Made by a program: the position numbers and the translations under genes
From: Octopus sinensis
Taxonomy: Eukaryota
DNA: 60,179 nt
Assembly: GCF_006345805.1 (NCBI RefSeq)
Contig: NW_021832578.1
Span: forward strand, 1-60,179
Direction of reading: 5' to 3'
The notes under the pieces: model-generated
What the model saw: the letters and a program-made list of their open reading frames with translations, nothing else
Databases searched by the model: none
Told to the model about the DNA's origin: nothing
Shown here: positions 51,195 to 60,179 of the stretch, one piece after another
How the letters are laid out: each line of letters opens with the position of its first letter
Numbering within the stretch: position 1 is the first letter of the stretch

Positions 51195-51354
51195 TATATA
51201 TATTGTGAAATAGAAAGATGAATAATCTTGTTGCAGATTAATCAAAAGTTTAACCGATACCTTGGTAGCAAAAATCACACCAGAAGACAGCACGATTGGA
51301 GGTACAGCCATATGGTGTTGCAACCGTGCGTTGGTTCGGATAATTGAATTTTAA

Positions 51355-51734
51355 TATTATTAGTGAATTGAAGAAATGGAGTTGAACGAAGATTGAACAG
51401 AAATCGTTTTATTGCATTCTACACGTGTTTCGAAAGGCACAATTTACTAAATTCCGATTGAATAAGGAGACCATATTGTGTCTTCTCTTCAGGAAGAAAA
51501 AGGAAATCCGTTGGAAAAAACAAAAACAGAAACAGAAACAAAAACAGAACGCCTCTGTTCTGTCTTTGTTTTTTCCAACGGATTTTCTCTTTCTTCCTGA
51601 AGAGAAAGACACAATATGGTCTCCTTATTCAATCGGAATTTGGTAAATTGTGCCTTTCGAAACACGTGTAGAATGCAATAAAACGATTTCTGTTCAATCT
51701 TCGTTCAACTCATTTCTTCAATTCACTAATAATA
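51355..51734. mobile_element. Palindromic MITE, ~170-bp arms
   Basis: TATTATTAGTGAATTGAAGAAATG...CCGTTGGAAAAAAC is the reverse complement of GTTTTTTCCAACGG...CATTTCTTCAATTCACTAATAATA. Confidence 0.9.
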
Positions 51735-51740
51735 TATATA

Positions 51741-51803
<63 letters not shown>

Positions 51804-52709
51804 GATATTTCTTTCTAAATTCTGATATATTTCCACAGTGACTTCCTGAACTGCAATGAACAAGTAATTTTGCTCTGCCATTCTGTTATTTAGCATCTCC
51901 GCTTTGCTATTCCATTATCTTTTTCGTGTCCATATATATAATTTAGACATGCATATATAACCCAGATATTTTAGTCATTATTATAGTGAAAATCACTTTC
52001 ATATATTTATTGCTATTTGTTTAGGTATTAAATAAATTTCATTGATGTATTTTATAATTTCTTAAACCTACATTGTTTCCCACCACAGTGATTCCCTTAA
52101 AATCGTTTTCACAATTGTGGAGGGTTCCCGAATGGGATAGGCATCACACGGATTGTAGAGGATTTTTTCGATACTGATCTAAGAATTAAACCCTCTGTTG
52201 CCATCGAGAAGTATATTTCTAAAAAACGCCTGTTGGATTATTAATATTTAGAATGCCTTAGAACACACATCCTGCAATTGAGAAATGTATAAATATCGGT
52301 CAAGAAATGTCATCTTTCCATCCTACATATGTATTATGCAAGTAGATTTTGGGAAAAAAATATCTGACTTCATACAAATCGCAAGCCAGGAAAAAACTGC
52401 TAATATACTAATGTGCAATACGCATGCGCATATAATGTGATTCATGTGAATTTATAATTTATATAACTACCTATGACACATACTCAGCAATATTCATGTG
52501 TGGAGAAAGGCTGTGCAGTGGGAAAATGCAACACACACTCACTCACATGCACAAACACTCAAACACTCAGAAACAGACACATGCAAATGCACACACAAAA
52601 ACGCACGAATACGTACACAAAAACACACAAAAATATACACGTGCGCGCACACATACACACAAACAAAGACAAACACACACACATATATTCTACTATGAAA
52701 TAATTGAAG

Positions 52710-52751
<42 letters not shown>

Positions 52752-53009
52752 GGTCAGCGTGAGAAAATTATAGATTATGTATATCATAAATTTGAGTTCT
52801 AAAACGGCGTTGATTATTCAGCAATACATCATGAATCATTTCCTCGAAAGAAATGGCATAAATAATTTCCAAAATATGATGAAACATACGAGTAAAACTT
52901 ATAGTACATGCACGACTGGATGCCATCGAAAGATTAGGAAGGCTTTACATGTATTATGTTGACTGTGTGCTGGTTAATATATATATATATTATATATATA
53001 ATATATATA

Positions 53010-53290
53010 TAATAGAATCATCAGCAGGAAAGTTTGAGCGGTGGTTTTCAAAAATTATAGCTTGGAGGCACGTGGCATGTTTTGTATTGCCTCGTATTTA
53101 TATGTTAATCTTGGCTCTCCCGCTGTGATTCCTGTGCCTAGCAAATTATTATAGCTTGAAACCATGGTACAAGAAATAGTTGGTGAATGTCAATTTTCTT
53201 ATTCCCTTTCGAAATTACCCGTAATAGTGTTTTGGATTTTAACTACTCCTTCTTGCGGGTTAGATGTCCTATTGTGACCTTTTCCTTATT
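53010..53290 (-). mobile_element. Possible decayed Penelope-like RT core fragment
   Basis: Frameshifted TNYFLYHG / YNNLLGTGITAGEPRL / ..ADD resembles the N+F.FNG..Y.Q..GTAMG..AP...R++DD layout. Heavily degraded. Confidence 0.35.
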
Positions 53291-53586
53291 GTTTAAATGT
53301 ACACGATATATATATATATATATATAATATATATATATATATATTAGAAGAAATGAGGTATTCAGAAATTCAGATGGTTTTATATTTACAGATATTTGTT
53401 TGTATATTACATGTTTTTATACATCATATAACTTAGTCATATATTAGGGTTTTTTCCCATTCCAGTGTTTTTTTTTTAAATCGAACTAAGTTCCTATGTG
53501 AAAAGGTTTGACCATTTTATAGTGTTATTGAGTTTGTAGTGGTGGGGAAGAATATAAGACAGTACAAGAGGGTGATATATATATAT

Positions 53587-53636
<50 letters not shown>

Positions 53637-55489
53637 ATACATACACACACATACATTCATATCTAGACAGATAAAACAAAACCAGAGAGAGAGAGAGAGA
53701 GAGATTGGAAGAAATTTAGATACACGTGTAGGAACGTATATAGAAGACGAAAACAAACAAAACAGGAATTACATATCTTCACAAACGATGCATTAGCTCT
53801 TACCTTAAGCATGGAGATTATGGCAGTGTGATCTGCATTTGAGGATGTTATTCCTCACCTACCTGCACAATTGGGTAAGAAATATACAAGACGAGCATGA
53901 AATAGAATAGTTAGATGAAAGGGGAATATATAGATAGTAATATCGAGAAATATGAGATTGTTTTAAAAATGGAACCGGAAGGAGTTAGTACTATAAATTT
54001 AAAACATTACCTTGGAAATATTGGGAGAATGACCATGATTAGAGAGACAGGGAAGATAGCTGTAAAGAAATATCAAACACGCTTAATATTAGGTATGTTT
54101 TAGATGAGATCTACTGCACGATACTGATTTTATACTGTATAAAATGAAGCCAATATCATCAGATGATATCGAAAAACTAAATCAAATCCAGTGATTTGTA
54201 CCTAATGCGATTTACTGATACTTGTAATGTAGTATGTTAGTACAATTACTATATATGTGTGAAATCATATCAATGTCTCACATTAAGGAAAACAAAACGG
54301 AATATATTCAATTTCAATTTAGTTTAGCTGTAATATCTTTTAAGTGAATCATTACAAATTACAATAACAATACCTGAAATAAAATTTAAAAAAAACATTC
54401 AAATAATCACGCAGATACATTCTCATGTACAAGTGTGCTGTATGTATGTGCGAAATATATTTTGTAATTATAAAATGCGTTACAACTTTTCTGATAGCGT
54501 TGTTTTATTTTACAAATAGATTTTTTTTTGTGCTAGCACTGATTTGACATCCTTAGTAGTCAATTACTCACGTGAAATTTAATTCAGGTGTTGATATTCA
54601 ATTTAATTGCTGTCTTGTCTCTAAATGTCGCGTGTAATTTTGTATAATTACACATTTTAAATGGAAATTATTGTCTAGAGAAAACACATCATGAACATAT
54701 TGCCATCAATTTTCATTTCACTTTTTCAGAAAACTTCAGAGAAATGAAGTTATGTAACATATATTAAAATTTTCTGAAAAGTCAAAATACTTTTCTTGTC
54801 AGTTTCATCCTTTGCACTAACCTCTCAACAGGAATTAAAACAAAATACACAGACAGACGTACAACAATACTGTCCGTTCCCGAGAACTAAATAATCTTGG
54901 AAATTACTTATAACACGCAGTGTTCCATACAATATTAAGTTATTCAATAGTGGCTTAGTAATACGACGCATTAAGCAATCGTCGATACACCGAAAGACAT
55001 ATCTGCACCAGCATGTGTGGGAACAGCCGAGGAAATATCAAATGTTGTGGTCAAACCGAAATCGTAGATCGAATCTCATACGTAAGCAAATTGCTTTGTT
55101 TCATGTTAATGAAATAGCTTATTCTTCAAATAAGTTATAGTATATCATATAGGAGAAATATAAATCGATTCGATTCTTATTCCATACACGTCAAATACTA
55201 ACCAGTGCATTGCTTCTTAATGTTACCGAGCTGAAATGCTTTCACCAATCTATCAAATGTGAAAAATCATTCAAAATCATGCCAAACTATCTTGATATCT
55301 CTACAAAACGAACACTTTGCATGACACAAAATTACATAGAATACAATTCGAAGCCTTTGAAATTCTTATAAAAAACAACACGTTACAATGAAAGAAATAT
55401 GTTATTTTTCCTAGAATGATGAACTGCAGAGGCACCTGTTTACATACTGGTTTCAAATTTTGTCAAAGGGCCAGTAAGCTCTTGGTAAT

Positions 55490-55652
55490 GTTCAAGTCGA
55501 TAACACCGAGCCCAGTATTCAAAAGGCATTTATTTTATTGACCCCTACAGGCGAAATCGACCTCAGCGGAATTTGAACTCAGAATATGAAAATGGACAAA
55601 ATACCACCAAGCATTTCACCTTGCATGCTAACGATTCTGCCAGCTCGCCTCT
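55490..55652 (-). mobile_element. Diverged SINE family B
   Basis: GGCGAAATCGACCTCAGCGGAATTTGAACTCAGAA...GCTAACGATTCTGCCAGCTCGCC. Confidence 0.8.
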
Positions 55653-58600
55653 TTGCAGATATGTAAATATTGACACGCGCAAAGTCATGTATGCATATAT
55701 ATGTGCCAATGCTTTTCTTCTATTATATGTGTATATAAGTCTATGTAGATGAAGATGTACGTTCTATGTGGAGAAAGCATTGGAGAATAACATAGTTATT
55801 CACTGAAAGTCACATCATATGAGTGTTGGTATTACGTAAGGTCTTTTTTATGGAACCCGCTGGTTATGATATCCACCATTATGAAGTGCCTTGCTATTTT
55901 AATGCTTACAATATATTTGATGAATTAGGATGAGAACGTCTACAACCTCGAGCTATCTACAAGAATTTTTATCTGAATACAAGAGTCGAGATACTCGATA
56001 TGATCCTAGATGTCACATATCGGCATTTTGTCGTTTTTGTCCCTATCTAAATTTGTTCAATCTCTTCTGAAATGGATGAAGAGAAAATAGACAACTACAT
56101 AAAGGTGGCCAATTTATGATACAAAAAATTCATTGGAAGTGTATTGCTCTTCCACTAACACTTATCAATGAGCAATTAACTAAATAAATAAGGAATTAAA
56201 TCCCAGGGTTTGGAAACATGACTGCTTGACGTTAGTGGCACTCCTGGTCAAATCATATTTTCCAACATAGTCACACTGCGAATGACACGGCGTTTGATTT
56301 GAATCTCATTTCTTTGCTATTGCGATCGAATATATCGTTGTTTGATGTGGTCGCATTTTTTATATAATATACTGGATGATATTCAACTATATCTAATGGA
56401 CACTAGTTAATAAACAACACAAGATTGAAATGATTCTGATAAAATAAGTTAAAGTGCTTATCGAAATAGAATTAGGCATCGGGTTCTTTCATTTTGTTTT
56501 ATCATTTTACAACGATCTAAGAATGCTTCAATTAATATATGTATTGGTTTATAGAGTATTAGATTATATCGACTCTTTGAATATAAGAATGTTTGCACAA
56601 AGATTACATGAACGGTTGACAATCAATTCGGGTTCACATGACATTTATTTATATGTGGGTCTGTATGTTGATGTGTGATTAGTTAGTATATGTGTTTTGT
56701 ATATGCTTTTGAATATGTTACTACCAGTGGTGAGACCACAGATTAAGTTGTTTCTCCATATTGTTGCAGTTTCCTTAACAAAGAAATCTTAGGTTTCATA
56801 TTAATTAGTCATAAAACCATTCCATAAGACTACTGGAATATACATGTATTAGCGTTTTCGAGTGGTATATATTCATTGTAGTCATACGTGAAAATATCTC
56901 AGTTATTGTGTGCTTCATAGCAGATCTCATAACGATGCTGAGGCGTACAAAAACGCCCAGAAACAAATTTATGAAAGGAAAATAGACATCAAATACTAAA
57001 GAAAAAGGAAGATAATGAAACGTGAGAGAATGGAATTCATTATTTTAAACTTAATATATAGCGCAAAATTATCTGCATCAGTACACATCCGTATTAACAT
57101 ACATACATTCAACTAAAAGTAAACGCCTGGAAAATATTTAACTCAGTCGATCTTTATTTGTCGCTTATTCTAAAATTATAAGCTACTCTTTTTTGTAGTT
57201 TTTCTGTTCTATGTCAGTTTCCAGTTTGGCATTTAGTTTTTAGATTATATATATATTTATAATTCGGAGTTCAAATTTGTTACTGATGTTCTCAGATTTT
57301 ATATAGTAACTATCATACCTATCGAGAGAACCCTGATATTAATTGCTTACACCTGTGATAGAACATGACATGGACATTTCTTAGAGAATCGGTTTGAAAA
57401 CAGAAGAAAAATCAAGCAGAAACCTAAACTTTAGTTTTACTACAAAAGAGCAATGAAGGTAACGATAAACATTTTAATGAAAAATGAATGGAAGGAAAAT
57501 ATTATTAGACACTGTAAGAAATAGATTGGAAAAAAAGCTGTAACGACAAGTGCACTCATACAAACATCTTAAATAGTTATTACAATAGCAGTGTCATAGG
57601 TAAGGTAGCCTCTACTGTGATACAAGTATTCCAAAAGTATTGGTGGATTTATCAATTTTCCCGAAAAGGAAATATTTGGAAGCATTTCATTTCAAGAGCA
57701 ATACGCCAAAATGAGTTATTTGGTTTTTTTAAGTGTCACCGATAGAGCTGTAATTAAAATGATTATTACACGACATTTCAGGAAAAAGAACGAGTCAAAG
57801 GCAAACAGTTGCAAACGGGGAGTGATATGTTACTAGAAACATGTCTTCAAAAATAGTAGAGAATTGAAAATGGAATATTAAACCTCATCAATTGGAGCCT
57901 ATTGTATATGTACGATGAATATTATTTCACGCAAACTTGAAGGTGGTTAATCCAGGAAGAGAGAATAAACGTAATGATTTGCAACTCATTTGGACGAACA
58001 TTCCAAAATTATCTATCCAACACATTCGGAAATTATAACTGCGAAATGTATTGCAGCGATACCAGCAATATAATTCGCACTTTATCTAGTGTACATTGAT
58101 GGGTGTGATCTCTTACATGCTATGGCAAATTTAGTGGTTGCTTCATATTAAAACTAAAATTCATTATTATTCTATCTGAGAGTATTTGATTATCACTTTT
58201 CATAAAGTAATTACATAGCATGCCATCTGAGACAAGTTTTTCATAGACGTATAAATACTTTAATCTTCTGTGCAAGAGGAATTGAGATTGTTTAGCAAGT
58301 TTTATGTACGTACTTGCTTAATATCTGCAGTCAAATCAAAAATAAACTTCTAAAAGTTTCAACAGTTGCCAAAGTTTTATGAAGAATACATCATACTATC
58401 ATTCCAATAATGTAGGAGACATCTGGGAATTGTTACTTTGGTAAGTAACTGATGCTGCTCTATTTGAAACTTAGCAGGATGCAACAAAGTGAAAACATAA
58501 AGCATAAAAGTGTTCATGAAATTTTCTTAATTTTCTTAAGAGAATTTTGGAACGACACGATTTAACTGTTCTTGATCTCTATGAATATACACTTGTTATT

Positions 58601-59377
58601 CCCTTGCTAAATAAAATGATGGTGATCATAACTAACTAGTAAATCTTTACAATGCCGCGAAATTTCAGAATGGAACACATGCGTTCGCACTAGCTTAAAA
58701 AACATTACAATATAAATATCGAAACTTATACGTTCAAAATTATATTATCGTTACATATACCAGATGATGGTTCAAGAAGTATACCACATGTTTTAGTTTA
58801 TTATTTCGTTCCATTTCCTTACAATTTATTCTATTGCAATTTCTTCTATTGCAATTAGTATTGTCTTTCTTTGTGAAGTCTTATTACTGTGCTCTTTGGG
58901 ATAATTGAATGTAACTGCCATATATATTGGTGGTACATAATTCATTTTGCACACTAATACCAGTGTACAATAGGAAATGGTTTATTAAATGGATTCACAA
59001 ATACATAATACACACAGTTTAACAAATGTACACTGCAGATGTTCTTCGCGGAGTCGATATCAGCTATTTCAAATTTCCATACACTTCCCTAAACATTATG
59101 TTGTTACTCGTAAATTTTGAATAAAATTATATGAAAATACTGGTATATTGGGTATATAAGTTTACCTAAAATATGTTGATGTACAAATTGTCACTATGCT
59201 TAGTAGTTTGAAGCTATACATATGCTTATAATGTGCCTTGCAATATATACACACGTAATGCATATATATTCATATCCACGTATCCATTTATGTATGCATA
59301 TATTTATGCCTGTATGTAAGTATGTATGTGCGTATGCACCACTATATAATGTATGTATGTATGTGTGTGTATATATA

Positions 59378-59417
<40 letters not shown>

Positions 59418-59569
59418 ACATATGGATATGCATTCCGTTACTAGAACTCTTTAACGTATTTACATGTAGTTTTTAAACGGCATTTTGTTGTTAAAAATGA
59501 AAATAAACGGTATTAAATAAATGCAATGTATTTAATTTTACAAAAGTCACGTATCGGTGATGAACACAC

Positions 59570-59589
59570 CTATACACACACACACACAC

Positions 59590-59634
<45 letters not shown>
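59570..59634. repeat. (CA)n microsatellite
   Basis: Directly visible. Confidence 0.95.
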
Positions 59635-59638
<4 letters not shown>

Positions 59639-60179
59639 AGAAATCAACGAACAATACATATCTCATAAAGAGAAAATAAATCTGATACTATTAATAGGGT
59701 ACCCATATATTTTAGATGTAGTTGAAAATACATATGGTCTAATTTAGGTGTTTCATATTCAATGATTATGCACATTGTTCCCATACATTTATCACCTTAG
59801 TAAAAATACTTCATGAATGTGCTGCTAGAAGGAAAATATGCAAGTGTTTTCTAAGTTAATTTCACTACTTGTGAATATATTCTATATAAATGATCGAACT
59901 GATACTTTGAGAGCGTATTGCGTATTTTTAAACAGTAAAAAATATATGGAAAACTAGAAATCGAAAGACAATGAATAAATTGCTTCCATGAATTTCGATA
60001 CGTGGACTCATGAAATTTACCATCATAATCAAGTTATTCAATAAAGTAGGCACCTTTTAATATTCTTCTCTATATGAGGTGCATTCTAGAACTTTTGAGA
60101 GCTACTTGAGTGTAAACTTCTACTACTTTTAAATCGTATGCAACTCTAATCTTGCTCAAAGTCGGATCACCTCATTTAA

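Noticed and set aside
51281-51345. CAGAAGA followed by a GCACGATTG/CAACCGTGC hairpin
   Set aside because: It resembles a hammerhead stem II relic, but the GAAA half is absent and the core is mutated, so it cannot be called.
51800-51950. Minus-strand NYLFIAVQE resembling a LINE APE endonuclease start
   Set aside because: A single short motif with stops nearby is too little evidence.

Overview
AT-rich, microsatellite-dense eukaryotic DNA with no host gene that I can recognise. It reads as intronic or intergenic sequence. The tRNA-derived SINE families and (TA)n load suggest a cephalopod, probably Octopus; this is an inference from repeat content. The window is a mosaic of decayed transposons: four tRNA-SINE families (my labels A-D), three mariner relics and one Tc1-like relic, an internally deleted Gypsy element, a BEL/Pao scrap, CR1-type and R4-type LINE 3' ends, Penelope-like fragments, a Helentron/DINE-like element, and several MITE or foldback palindromes. 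The standout is a 601-nt-period, ORF-less tandem repeat (39556-40534). It carries two intact-core type I hammerhead ribozyme motifs on the minus strand, each with a palindromic ACGTACGT stem III. This is the architecture of a retrozyme that could self-cleave into a 601-nt, circularisable RNA. Several more degenerate hammerhead-like motifs lie in or near Penelope-type repeats. All structures and translations were read by eye, nothing was computed or searched, and most element boundaries are approximate.
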